NCBI GenBank assembly: GCA_964513605.1
Contig: CAZENN010000001.1
Span: 12,559 to 76,558 of the forward strand
Origin: an uncultured Oscillospiraceae bacterium
Lineage (GTDB): Bacteria > Bacillota > Clostridia > Oscillospirales > Oscillospiraceae
Direction: 5' to 3'
Length of the DNA: 64,000 nt
In this document: positions 1 through 8,938 of the stretch, piece after piece
Layout of the letters: the number at the start of each line of letters is the position of its first letter
Numbering within the stretch: the first letter of the stretch is position 1
The notes under the pieces: generated by a model
The model's database searches: none
What the model was told of the DNA's origin: nothing
Seen by the model: the letters and a program-made list of their open reading frames with translations, nothing else
Translations under genes and position numbers: made by a program

Positions 1-552
1 TTTTCTCCGGTGGCATCCGGTTACGGCTACAGCCACTGTGATGACTTTGGGGTCAGCCGCTCCTTTGGATTTGCAAGAAAGCATCTGGGGAACGATTTGA
101 TGGGCACTCTGGGCGCGCCCATTGTGGCGGTGGAAGGGGGTGTGGTCGAGGCGATGGGCTGGAACCGTTACGGCGGCTGGCGAATTGGCATCCGCTCCTT
201 TGATTCTAAACGCTACTATTATTATGCGCACCTGCAAAAGGATCACCCCTTTGCGGAAGGATTACAGGAGGGAGATGTGGTTCAGGCAGGAGATCTGATC
301 GGCTTTATGGGCAGAACCGGCTATTCCGACCGGGAAAATGTGAATAATATCGAAACGGTGCATCTGCATTTTGGCATCCAGTTGATTTTTGATGAGAGCC
401 AGAAGGAGTGTAATAGTGAGATCTGGATCGATGCGTATGATATCGTTCGCCTCCTGTCCCACCACCGTTCTACTATCCAAAAGACAGCACTGGGCTGGGA
501 GCGAGGGTATCCGTATCGGGATTTGGATGTACAGGAATACCCAACAGGGTGA
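1..552 (+). CDS. M23 family metallopeptidase (5' end outside the window)
   Basis: Frame is open from base 1; HxxxD (HLGND), YYYAHL and HxH (VHLHFG) M23 motifs. Confidence 0.85.
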   Translation, partial: FSPVASGYGYSHCDDFGVSRSFGFARKHLGNDLMGTLGAPIVAVEGGVVEAMGWNRYGGWRIGIRSFDSKRYYYYAHLQKDHPFAEGLQEGDVVQAGDLIGFMGRTGYSDRENVNNIETVHLHFGIQLIFDESQKECNSEIWIDAYDIVRLLSHHRSTIQKTALGWERGYPYRDLDVQEYPTG

Positions 553-589
553 CAGTGGGTAAAATGCTGAAATTTTTGTTAAAAAGTAC

Positions 590-618
590 TTGCGTTTATT
601 ATTGGGAAATGATACAAT
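590..618 (+). promoter_or_regulatory. sigma-A promoter with extended -10
   Basis: TTGCGT-17 bp-TACAAT with TG upstream of the -10; AGGAGG RBS before ATG 751. Confidence 0.6.
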
Positions 619-750
619 ATGTGCTAGATGAACGGAGTATGCCCTTTGGAATAAGCAGGGGATGCTCCGTAACCCCCTGATGTGATCTTCACGCATGAGA
701 GGGAAAAAAGGCATCCGGGGTGATGTCAAAAATATTTAGGAGGAAGATTT

Positions 751-2901
751 ATGAAGAAGCTTATTAGCGTAGCTCTGGCATTGGTCATGGTTCTGAGCCT
801 GTCCGTTGCCGCTTTTGCTGCCGATACCTGCATTGTCGCAGGCGTTGCAGCTCTGTGCGGTACGGACTGGAATGCATCTGACTCTAACAATGCTATGACC
901 CTGAACGGCGAAGTTTATGAGAAGGTTTATTCCAATGTTGCTGCTGGTGATTACCAGTTCAAGGTTGTCCACAATGGCAATTGGAAGGGCAATGGAGACG
1001 CAAATGTGATGTTTACCGTTTCCGCTCCCTGTGATGTGACAATTACTTACAACCCTGCGGATGGTACCATTACATATACCGGTGCAAACGTGGGCAAGAC
1101 CGCTTTCAAGGTGAACGCTGTCTATGCAGTTGGCGCAAGTGTTGCCGCTGCCCCCACTTGGCTTAATAGCAAGAACTGGGAGCCTGCTGCAGAAGCCAAT
1201 AAGGCCACGGAAGTTGCAGATGGCATTTATGCGATCATCTTTGCAAACGTTCCTGCAGGTAACTATGAGTTCAAGTTTGCTGCTGACGGCGGCTGGGATC
1301 ACAGCTGGGGCGGCGCATTTACAGAGTTCAATACTGACGCTGATATTTCCTACAATGGCTCCAATATCAAGTTTGAGCTTACGGAGGAGCAGGACGTTAC
1401 TCTGCTTCTGAATCTGTCTGACTTCTCTCTGGATAACGGCGGTGCAAAGTACAACATCACCTTGAGCGCACCCGGTACTGCTGTGTTGCCCACTCCGGGT
1501 GACGACAACACCGATGTTCCCGGCGGTGACGACAACACCGATGTTCCCGGCGATGACGGCAACACCGACGTTCCTGGCGATGACGGCAACACCGATGTTC
1601 CCGGCGATGACGGCAACACCGATGTCCCCGGTGATAATGGCAACACCGACGTTTCCGGCGATGACAACAACGATTCTTCTGTTGCTTCTCAGGACTACTA
1701 TCTGGTTGGCTACATCAATGGAGCTGACTACGGTATCGCAGGAGACAGCGCAAATCTGGGCGAGTATAAGTTTGTTAATGGCAAGCTCACCGTTACCTTC
1801 ACTGCCGACAGCTATGTTGTGGTTAAGAACGGCGACAACAGCATGTTCATGACTGAGGCTTACTGCGAGGATACCACTGCTACGCTGGTCGCCAGTGGCA
1901 GCGAGAAGATGAAGGCTCCCGGTAATACGGAACTGACCTTCACGCTGACTGCTAACAGCGACGGCACACTGTCTCTGAGCTACACTGTTGGCGCAGCTTC
2001 CGGTGATAATGGTGCCTCTGGTGACAATAACGATGCTTCCGATGACAATACCTCTGGCGGTAACACCAGCGGCGATAACAACAATACTTCCGGCAGTGAC
2101 AACACTTCCGGTGACAACACTCAGACTCCTGCTGTTGACCTGCCCTTGGACAACGACGATGCAGTTCTGACCCTGTTCGCTCAGGTTCCTGCTTCTTGGA
2201 CTACCGTTAACGCATACACTTGGGACAGCAGCGATGCTCCCCAGAGCGGCGAGTGGCCTGGTACTGCCATGACCAAGGATGGCGATTGGTACAAGATCGT
2301 TATCAACGATCAGGTAGCAAATGTCATCATTAACAACGGTTCCGCCCAGACTGCTGACCTGGCAGTTGAGTCCGGTAAGGACATCTACGTTATCGTGGCT
2401 GACGATAATACGGCTACTGTCATGTATGCGGATGGCACCGTTGCTGGCGGCAGCAGTGACAACATGGGCACCGGTGAGCCTGCTGATGAGAATATCACTG
2501 GCACTGAGAGCAACTTCCGTGTTGTCGGCAATGCTGACTGGATGGGTAACTGGGATCCTGCCAGCGACGCAGGTCGCATGCTGGAGGTTTCCCCCGGTGT
2601 TTACAAGCAGAACTTTGAGAATGTTCAGCCTGGCAACTATGAGCTGAAGATCACTCAGAACGGCACTTGGGATAAGAGCTGGGGCGATAACGGCAACAAC
2701 TTCTGCTTCACCGTCGTTCAGGCTTGCACCATTACCGTCACCTTCACTCTGGATGGTGAGAACGGCACCATTAGTGTCAAGGGTGTTGGCATTAGCGATC
2801 CCGGCACTGATGATATCAGCATGATCAGCATTGTTGCTCTGATGGGTCTGGCTGTCTGCGCTGCGGGCATTCTGATCATCAACAAGAAGAAGTTCATCTG
2901 A
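751..2901 (+). CDS. Cell-wall-anchored, non-catalytic multi-module starch-binding protein (X25/SusE-F-like modules plus CBM26-like module)
   Basis: Signal peptide; three modules of type xxG..W.P....MT...Y......AG.Y.FK; CBM26-like NAYTW..GEWPGTAM..DWY..NVIINNG..QTADL; D/G/N/T linkers; C-terminal DPGTDD, TM helix and KKK; no GH13 catalytic motifs seen. Confidence 0.7.
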   Translation: MKKLISVALALVMVLSLSVAAFAADTCIVAGVAALCGTDWNASDSNNAMTLNGEVYEKVYSNVAAGDYQFKVVHNGNWKGNGDANVMFTVSAPCDVTITYNPADGTITYTGANVGKTAFKVNAVYAVGASVAAAPTWLNSKNWEPAAEANKATEVADGIYAIIFANVPAGNYEFKFAADGGWDHSWGGAFTEFNTDADISYNGSNIKFELTEEQDVTLLLNLSDFSLDNGGAKYNITLSAPGTAVLPTPGDDNTDVPGGDDNTDVPGDDGNTDVPGDDGNTDVPGDDGNTDVPGDNGNTDVSGDDNNDSSVASQDYYLVGYINGADYGIAGDSANLGEYKFVNGKLTVTFTADSYVVVKNGDNSMFMTEAYCEDTTATLVASGSEKMKAPGNTELTFTLTANSDGTLSLSYTVGAASGDNGASGDNNDASDDNTSGGNTSGDNNNTSGSDNTSGDNTQTPAVDLPLDNDDAVLTLFAQVPASWTTVNAYTWDSSDAPQSGEWPGTAMTKDGDWYKIVINDQVANVIINNGSAQTADLAVESGKDIYVIVADDNTATVMYADGTVAGGSSDNMGTGEPADENITGTESNFRVVGNADWMGNWDPASDAGRMLEVSPGVYKQNFENVQPGNYELKITQNGTWDKSWGDNGNNFCFTVVQACTITVTFTLDGENGTISVKGVGISDPGTDDISMISIVALMGLAVCAAGILIINKKKFI
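1495..1673 (+). repeat. About 7 copies of an in-frame ~27-bp tandem repeat encoding PGDDGNTDV (linker)
   Basis: ccyggcgatgacggcaacaccgaygty units are directly visible. Confidence 0.9.
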
Positions 2902-2917
2902 TCTTAAATTAAATTCT

Positions 2918-2950
2918 AAACAGGAGTGGTGCGTCCACTCCTGTTTTTTT
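2918..2950 (+). terminator. Intrinsic terminator
   Basis: caggagtgg-tgcgt-ccactcctg followed by T7. Confidence 0.85.
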
Positions 2951-3042
2951 ATGAGTGTCCTTTCATCCAAGTCTTGCGATTCGCAATTTCCATAAAAAGA
3001 AGCCTTGGAAATTGTTCAAATTGGAGAAGTCCGGCAACGGCG

Positions 3043-3071
3043 TTGACTTTGATGAAACCAGGTGATATAGT
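3043..3071 (+). promoter_or_regulatory. sigma-A promoter with extended -10
   Basis: TTGACT-17 bp-TATAGT, with TG upstream of the -10. Confidence 0.65.
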
Positions 3072-3106
3072 AATTTAAGCGATAAAATTACAGGAGGGAA
3101 TAACCT

Positions 3107-4009
3107 ATGAAAAAAATCATCGCTGTTGTATTGACCCTGATGCTTTGTGTCAGTGCGCTGACCGTTGCGGCTTTGGCTGCGCCGGAGGGGCTGACCAGTC
3201 TGACCATTGTTGGCTCCGCCATTCCGGGCGTGGGCGAGTGGGACCCTGCGGATACCGCAGGTGATATGACGGAGGTCTCTGAGTCTGTTTACGAGATCAC
3301 TCTGACCGTTCCTGCCGGTACCCAGATGAAGTTCAAGTTTGCCGGAAACCATGACTGGAACAGTGGCTATAACTTTGGCTCTGCGACCATCGCTCTGGGC
3401 ACTGCTGCTGAGCTGACCAATGACGGCGGTTCCAGTGATATGACTTTTGCACCGGAAAGCGACATTACAGTGAAAGTCACCGTGGATCTAAATCCTTTGG
3501 CAGACGGCGGCAACGCCACGGTTCTGGTAGCGGATGCTTCCGGTAATTCTGCCACCACAACACCCCCTGCTGAAACGGAGCCCACAGAAACCACTTCTTC
3601 TACTCAGGATTCTTCCGGCAGCGACACCTATCGTGTTGTTGGTAATGCAGACTGGATGGGCAGCTGGGATCCTGCTAATGACAAGGGTGTTATGACCAGC
3701 ACCGGCAACGGTGTTTACACCGCTACCTTCAAAGATGTCCCTGTTGGTGATTATGAGCTGAAGGTTACTGCCAATGGCACATGGGATAAGGCTTGGGGCG
3801 ATAGCGGTAATAATTACTGTTTCAGCGTCAGTGAAGCCTGCGATGTTACGGTCTCCTTCACCATCAGCGGTGATAACGGCGTGATCAGCGTCAGCGGCAA
3901 GGGCGTACCCCAGACTTCTGATGTCAGCATCATGGGCGTTGTGGCTGTGCTGGTGCTGTCTTCTGCCGCGGCTGTCGTTTTGGTCATCAATAAGAAGAAG
4001 TTCATCTGA
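3107..4009 (+). CDS. Cell-wall-anchored protein with two X25-like starch-binding modules; paralog of 751..2901
   Basis: Signal peptide; last module YRVVGNADWMGSWDPA is highly similar to FRVVGNADWMGNWDPA of the upstream gene; VPQTSD, TM helix and INKKKFI. Confidence 0.7.
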   Translation: MKKIIAVVLTLMLCVSALTVAALAAPEGLTSLTIVGSAIPGVGEWDPADTAGDMTEVSESVYEITLTVPAGTQMKFKFAGNHDWNSGYNFGSATIALGTAAELTNDGGSSDMTFAPESDITVKVTVDLNPLADGGNATVLVADASGNSATTTPPAETEPTETTSSTQDSSGSDTYRVVGNADWMGSWDPANDKGVMTSTGNGVYTATFKDVPVGDYELKVTANGTWDKAWGDSGNNYCFSVSEACDVTVSFTISGDNGVISVSGKGVPQTSDVSIMGVVAVLVLSSAAAVVLVINKKKFI

Positions 4010-4071
4010 TTCTTACATTTGCATACTCCGTAGGTGGCAATGTAACGGCAAAGACTCTTCCATAGAATAAT

Positions 4072-4116
4072 AATCCCCACAAGATCAGAAAGAAACCTTC
4101 TGATTTTGTGGGGATT
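4072..4116. terminator. Bidirectional terminator hairpin between convergent genes
   Basis: aatccccacaagatcagaa / ttctgattttgtggggatt inverted repeat. Confidence 0.7.
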
Positions 4117-4127
4117 TATTGTGTGGG

Positions 4128-4814
4128 TTATTTTAGCTCTACAACATCACACACGGTCAGCGTGTTTTGCTGAACCTGAAAACGAATGTCATATCCGGCG
4201 AAGGGAAGACCATAGACCCGTTCCGAATCTCTTTGGTAGGATGGTCTGGGATCGTGGGACAGGACTGCTTTGGCGGCATCTCGTTTCTCTTCTGGAAGTT
4301 GATTCAAAAGGTGCTGAGGAAACACAACTTTCAGCAAAAAATCCTTTGCTATATCCGTAAAACCGCCCAGTGCCTGTGGATGACAGTCGCTGTAGGGGAT
4401 ATAGGGTTTTATGTCCAAAATGGGAGTTCCATCCATTAAATCGGCACCTGCCACATGAATCACGATCCCCTGAGTGGTTTCTTCTAATCCTATCAGCCGG
4501 ACGCAGGACAGTCCCAAATTGTTTGGACGGAAGGGAGAGCGGGTAGCGAAGACGCCCATTCGGGTATTACCGCCCAGTCGGGGGGGACGGACGGTTGGGG
4601 ACCATTTGGTTCGTACTGCCTCGGAGAACTGCCAGATGAGCCAAAGGTGAGAATATCCTTCGATGCCTCGTAAAGTATCCTGATTTCGGAACTCCGGTTC
4701 AAAGACGATGGTGCTGCGAAGTTCCTCTACCAGACCACTTTGTCTGGGTATTCCAAATTTTGAGGGGAAATCGCTGTGCATATGGGCGATAGGACGGATG
4801 CAGATGTTTTCCAT
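4128..4814 (-). CDS. tsaA: tRNA (t6A37-N6)-methyltransferase TrmO
   Basis: KFGIPRQSG, VRPPRLGGN..GVFATRSPFRPN, DGTPILDIKPY. Confidence 0.9.
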   Translation of the reverse strand: MENICIRPIAHMHSDFPSKFGIPRQSGLVEELRSTIVFEPEFRNQDTLRGIEGYSHLWLIWQFSEAVRTKWSPTVRPPRLGGNTRMGVFATRSPFRPNNLGLSCVRLIGLEETTQGIVIHVAGADLMDGTPILDIKPYIPYSDCHPQALGGFTDIAKDFLLKVVFPQHLLNQLPEEKRDAAKAVLSHDPRPSYQRDSERVYGLPFAGYDIRFQVQQNTLTVCDVVELK

Positions 4815-4815
4815 A

Positions 4816-5655
4816 TCACTGTCTCACTTTCCGCAGACAGAAGGTCACGGCGAAGATCAACGCCAGGACCAAACTAATAGCCGCACCGGAGGATGCGCCC
4901 CAATAATAGGATACCAGAAGACCGGTCAATCCGGCGACCAGTGCAAAGATAACGGAAAAACCATGATACTGCTTCATATTTCTTGCCACGTTCCGAGCAG
5001 AAGCAGCCGGGAGAACCAGCAGAGAGTTCAAAATCAATAGACCGACAGAGGAAATGGATAATGTGACTACCACGGCGATGGCTGTTGTAAATATGGTTTG
5101 ACTAACCTGTACCGGAATTCCTCTGGAGGATGCCAGCTGGGGATGGATCACAGTCAGCGTCAGACGATTGGAATACAGACACCAGAAGATCAGTACACCC
5201 ACCAGAACCAGTGCCAGCATTCCAATTTCACCGGCAGTGATGGAAAGTATGTCGCCAATCAGGTATTTATTGTATTTCGTGAAGCTGCTGCCGCCCAATG
5301 TGGCAATGAAAATGCCGAGAGCCACAGCTGTGCTGGAAAACACGCCGATCAGCGTGTCGGCCGCTTGATTGCTGCGGCATCTTACATAGGAAAAGAGAAG
5401 TGCAAATACCACAGAAAAAATCACAGCGGCCCACAGCGGCGCACTCAGACCACAGATACTGCCAATGGCAATGCCGGTAAAGGCAGAGTGACCCAAGGCG
5501 TCAGAGAAGAAGCTCATCCGCCCGGTGACCACCATAGTGGATAGGATTCCGAACAACGGTGCCATCAATATGATTGCCAGAAGTGCGTTCTTCATAAAAT
5601 CCCAGCGAAGAAACTCCAGTGGAATTAGATCGCAAAGCCAGTACCAGAAACTCAT
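4816..5655 (-). CDS. Zn/Mn ABC transporter permease (ZnuB-like)
   Basis: FFSDALGHSAFTG and YLIGDILSI motifs, multiple TM helices; ATG at 5655 overlaps the ATPase stop. Confidence 0.85.
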   Translation of the reverse strand: MSFWYWLCDLIPLEFLRWDFMKNALLAIILMAPLFGILSTMVVTGRMSFFSDALGHSAFTGIAIGSICGLSAPLWAAVIFSVVFALLFSYVRCRSNQAADTLIGVFSSTAVALGIFIATLGGSSFTKYNKYLIGDILSITAGEIGMLALVLVGVLIFWCLYSNRLTLTVIHPQLASSRGIPVQVSQTIFTTAIAVVVTLSISSVGLLILNSLLVLPAASARNVARNMKQYHGFSVIFALVAGLTGLLVSYYWGASSGAAISLVLALIFAVTFCLRKVRQ

Positions 5656-6404
5656 GAGCGAAGTCCCCCTGTGTGGAAAATTTGATGGAAGGCGTCGCTG
5701 TCCAGAACCTCCCGAGGGGTCCCCTGGCACAGAAGCGTCCGGTCAATCAGTGCCGCCTGATCCGCATACTGATCCAGTATAGAAAAATCGTGGGTGGTCA
5801 TGAGGATGGAAAGGTCGTAGGTCTTTCGAATCTCATCCAGCATATCCATCAGTATGCAGGTGCCTTCTGCGTCCACGCCGGAAAGCGGCTCGTCCAGAAT
5901 CAGAATATTAGGCATCGGCTCCAGTGCCAGTGCCAGCAGTACACGCTGTAGCTCGCCGCCGGAAAGCGTGCCGACCCGTTTGTCAATGAGATCCTCTCCG
6001 TGTACACGGGAAAGGCAGTCCAGAACGGTGGAACGCATTTTCTTTGAGATCCCCAAAAAAGTCGGACGTTTGCTCATGCAGCACGCGAACAGATCCGCTA
6101 CCGTTACCGGATCACCGGGGTCAAAGGCAGGACTTTGGGGTACATAGCCGATTTTTGGACGGCGATCCCGTTCGCCGGGAGAGGAAAAGGCAATGAGTCC
6201 GTCGTAATCCACTTGTCCCAAAATGGCCTTAATGAAGGTGCTTTTGCCGGCACCGTTGGGACCGATCAATGCCACCAGCTGTCCACAGTGGACATGCAAA
6301 TTCATATGGTGCAGAATTTCCTCGTTTCCGATTTTGACAGAAAGATTTTGCACCCGGAGGCAGCAGGCATCGCCGCAGCCACCGCCATGAAAAAACAGTT
6401 TCAT
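5652..6404 (-). CDS. Zn/Mn ABC transporter ATPase (ZnuC-like)
   Basis: GPNGAGKS, IGYVPQ, LSGGELQR, LILDEP; Cys/His-containing N-terminus. Confidence 0.9.
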   Translation of the reverse strand: MKLFFHGGGCGDACCLRVQNLSVKIGNEEILHHMNLHVHCGQLVALIGPNGAGKSTFIKAILGQVDYDGLIAFSSPGERDRRPKIGYVPQSPAFDPGDPVTVADLFACCMSKRPTFLGISKKMRSTVLDCLSRVHGEDLIDKRVGTLSGGELQRVLLALALEPMPNILILDEPLSGVDAEGTCILMDMLDEIRKTYDLSILMTTHDFSILDQYADQAALIDRTLLCQGTPREVLDSDAFHQIFHTGGLRS

Positions 6405-7294
6405 CCCAAGGCCTCCTTGATGGTGTCAATATTGTGATACATAGCCTGAAAATAGTCCTCGCCTGCCATAGCCATATCCAGAGGATAGACCTTTGCTCCG
6501 GTCTCGGCGGCAATGATATCCGCCGCGGAAACACTGCCGCTGCGTTCGGTAAAGAGGGCAGGCAGGTGGTGCTCCCGGACGGTGGTGATCATATCCTTCA
6601 GCTCCTGTGCGGAAGCCTCGCTTCCAGATTCCTCTTCAATGGCTCTAGTGATTTCTAAATCGAACGCCTCAGCAAAGTAGGCGAAACCATCGTGGAAGGT
6701 GATCAGCTCACGGCAGGAGAGGCTGCTTAACTGCTCCTGTCCGTATTGCTCCAGTGCAGCCAAGTCATCCAGTAATGCGACCAGATTGGCTTCGAAAACA
6801 GACCGGTGCTCCGGCTTGTATTCACACAGCCCCTTGCAGATATTTTTGGCCATACTCATGGCGTTTTGGGGTGCAAGCCAGATGTGGGGATCTTCCTCGT
6901 GCGTGTGATCGCTATCCTCGTGACTATGCTCATGCTCCTCACATCCAAGAAGCTGGATGTCCACGGAACTGTCGATAATACAGCTATCTTTGCTCAGAAA
7001 ATCTCCCATGCTTTCCTCCAGCCCGGCACCGGAGACCACAATTACCTTTGCGGCTTCCAAGGACCTGACCTGAGAAACATTCAGGGAGTAATCGTGGAGG
7101 CAGGAGATACTTTCCGTAACAAGCCGGGTCACAGTGATGCCGGTCCCTTCACATAGCCGGGTGGTAAGCTGATAGACCGGCAGTGTGGTGGCTGCGATTT
7201 CGGCATGGGCATCCGAGGAGCAGCCGGGCAGCAAAGCCAGCAGTACCAGCAGGGCGCAGAACAATGTTTTAAACTTCAACGAAAATACCACCAA
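6401..7294 (-). CDS. Zn ABC transporter substrate-binding lipoprotein (ZnuA-like)
   Basis: Lipobox LPGC; CLHDY; His/Glu-rich loop; DPHIWL; FHDGFAYF. Confidence 0.88.
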   Translation of the reverse strand: MVVFSLKFKTLFCALLVLLALLPGCSSDAHAEIAATTLPVYQLTTRLCEGTGITVTRLVTESISCLHDYSLNVSQVRSLEAAKVIVVSGAGLEESMGDFLSKDSCIIDSSVDIQLLGCEEHEHSHEDSDHTHEEDPHIWLAPQNAMSMAKNICKGLCEYKPEHRSVFEANLVALLDDLAALEQYGQEQLSSLSCRELITFHDGFAYFAEAFDLEITRAIEEESGSEASAQELKDMITTVREHHLPALFTERSGSVSAADIIAAETGAKVYPLDMAMAGEDYFQAMYHNIDTIKEALG

Positions 7295-7333
7295 TCAAAA
7301 TCAATCTCATATTATCATATCATACCTGTCAAG

Positions 7334-7362
7334 AAAAAGAGCCTGCGCAAAAGCACAGGCTC
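7334..7362 (-). terminator. Intrinsic terminator after the 76-aa gene
   Basis: On the minus strand gagcctgtgc-tttt-gcgcaggctc followed by T5. Confidence 0.7.
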
Positions 7363-7378
7363 GGGGTATGTATGCTTC

Positions 7379-7609
7379 TTAGTGGTTCTCCATCCAGTCG
7401 TTGACCTTGGCCTTAGCAAGACGCAGAATGTCTTCGGTGGGGTAGGGAGAGTTTTCGCCGCCGCAGACATACAGGAAGTACAGACCGCTGGGGGTCTGAT
7501 ACAGGGACTCCTCGTAGCCGGCGGGATCACCGTAGAAGCCGCAGACATACTTCTTCAGCAGGGTAGCGGTTTCGGTATCATATTCCTTCTTGCAGATGAT
7601 CTTCTTCAT
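7379..7609 (-). CDS. Small hypothetical protein (76 aa)
   Basis: AAGGAGG RBS, own promoter (TTGCAT..TATAAT) and terminator; codon usage resembles highly expressed genes. Confidence 0.8.
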   Translation of the reverse strand: MKKIICKKEYDTETATLLKKYVCGFYGDPAGYEESLYQTPSGLYFLYVCGGENSPYPTEDILRLAKAKVNDWMENH

Positions 7610-7859
7610 GGGGACAACCTCCTTTCAAACAGTCATTTTTAAGTAACAAGGCTATTATACATATTTTTTGGAATAATGCAAGGGGATTTTTGATATTAAC
7701 CATTGATTTATTTGAAATTTGTTCGAAGGGGTTATAAATGATGAAGATTTCTAACTGATTTGCCGTCATTATGCACAAAAAAACCAGCAACCTTTTCTGA
7801 ATGCATCCCCTTGCACGAAAAAACATTCCATGATATCATAGTGAATAGGTGGTGATGCA

Positions 7860-8510
7860 ATGAAGGATATACCAATATTTCCCACGCAATACGGTGTGGC
7901 AAGCCTTTCTTTGAAACAGATTCCCTACCGCCAGGAGGCATATGTTCAAATTCAGGATGCGCCTGCTGAGACGGTTCCACAGCTGCTCCGGGAGTGTGCG
8001 TTCTTTTGCAGAGCCTGCGGAGCGGAGCGGATCTTTTGGACCGGAGCGGATACAGAAGAGGTGCCGGCCTTGTCCATTTTGCGGATGACGGGTACGGCGT
8101 GGGTGGATCAGACCAAGCTGGAAAACCTTTTTCCGGTAACGGAGCAAACCGTTTCAAAATGGCGGCAGGTATACAACGAGCGGATGCGGCAGGTTCCTCA
8201 AAGCCGTACCCTTTCCTTTGCGGATGAAAAGGAGATCATACACTCCGGCGGTGCCTATTTTGTCCACCACAATGGAGAGCTTCTGGGGATCGGCTGGCTG
8301 GAGGATACCCATCTTCTTGCGATTGCTACGATAAAGCCGGGTGCAGGGGAGCGAGTGGCACATACATTGATGTCACTGATCGAGGAAGCTCAAATGACGC
8401 TGGACGTGGCATCCTCCAATACCCGAGCGATAGCACTGTATGAGCGTCTGGGCTTTCTGACTACCGGGGTCGTAAGGCTTTGGTATGAATTTAAATGGAA
8501 TGACAAGTAA
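7860..8510 (+). CDS. GNAT family N-acetyltransferase
   Basis: C-terminal LDVASSNTRAIALYERLGF motif. Confidence 0.75.
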   Translation: MKDIPIFPTQYGVASLSLKQIPYRQEAYVQIQDAPAETVPQLLRECAFFCRACGAERIFWTGADTEEVPALSILRMTGTAWVDQTKLENLFPVTEQTVSKWRQVYNERMRQVPQSRTLSFADEKEIIHSGGAYFVHHNGELLGIGWLEDTHLLAIATIKPGAGERVAHTLMSLIEEAQMTLDVASSNTRAIALYERLGFLTTGVVRLWYEFKWNDK

Positions 8511-8516
8511 AAACAC

Positions 8517-8545
8517 TTGACAAATCCAGTCAGATGGTGTATGAT
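8517..8545 (+). promoter_or_regulatory. sigma-A promoter of ylxM-ffh, flanked by two palindromic operator-like sites (8501-8522 and 8554-8575)
   Basis: TTGACA-17 bp-TATGAT; TGACAAGTAAAAACACTTGACA and TGTTAAGTGAAAACACTTAACA. Confidence 0.75.
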
Positions 8546-8590
8546 GTGCCAGGTGTTAAGTGAAAACACTTAACAGAGGAGGCATAGCGG

Positions 8591-8935
8591 ATGGACGCAT
8601 TGGAAATGACGCTGCTTTTCGATTACTACGGCGAGTTGCTTACCCAGCGTCAGCAGATGTGCATTGATCTGTATTATAATCAGGATTTATCCCTGGCTGA
8701 GATTGCCCAGGAGCTGCAAGTCAGCCGCCAGGGCGTGTATGATAACCTGAGCCGTGGGGAAGCAGCTCTGCGGAATATGGAGGAAAAGACCGGTTGTGTC
8801 CGCAGAAGCCTCCAGAACCGACGTGCCCTGCGTACCATTGTTGAAGCGGCAAATGAGCTGGCGGCGTATTCCGATCCTGCATTGTGTGCGCTATCGGAGA
8901 AGATATTGTCCGCCGCCAAAGGATTAGAGGAGTGA
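8591..8935 (+). CDS. ylxM: YlxM family HTH protein (SRP-associated)
   Basis: LLFDYYGELLT..DLSLAEIA..VSRQGVYD; immediately upstream of ffh. Confidence 0.92.
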   Translation: MDALEMTLLFDYYGELLTQRQQMCIDLYYNQDLSLAEIAQELQVSRQGVYDNLSRGEAALRNMEEKTGCVRRSLQNRRALRTIVEAANELAAYSDPALCALSEKILSAAKGLEE

Positions 8936-8938
8936 ATT

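Noticed and set aside
1495..1673. 27-bp repeats as a possible CRISPR array
   Set aside because: No spacers; in-frame coding linker; no cas genes
736..2970. 744-aa minus-strand ORF, and similar long antisense ORFs (32014..33174, 41777..42817, 44935..46383, 60321..61142)
   Set aside because: They mirror well-supported plus-strand genes with strong codon bias, and have no RBS or recognisable motifs: shadow ORFs
3035..3045. CAACG-G-CGTTG inverted repeat at the -35 as a LacI/MalR operator
   Set aside because: Short, odd-centred and absent from the paralog promoter; could be chance
7295..7332. Zur/Fur box upstream of the metal ABC operon
   Set aside because: TGAGATTGATTTTGA is only a weak match and the -10 is unclear
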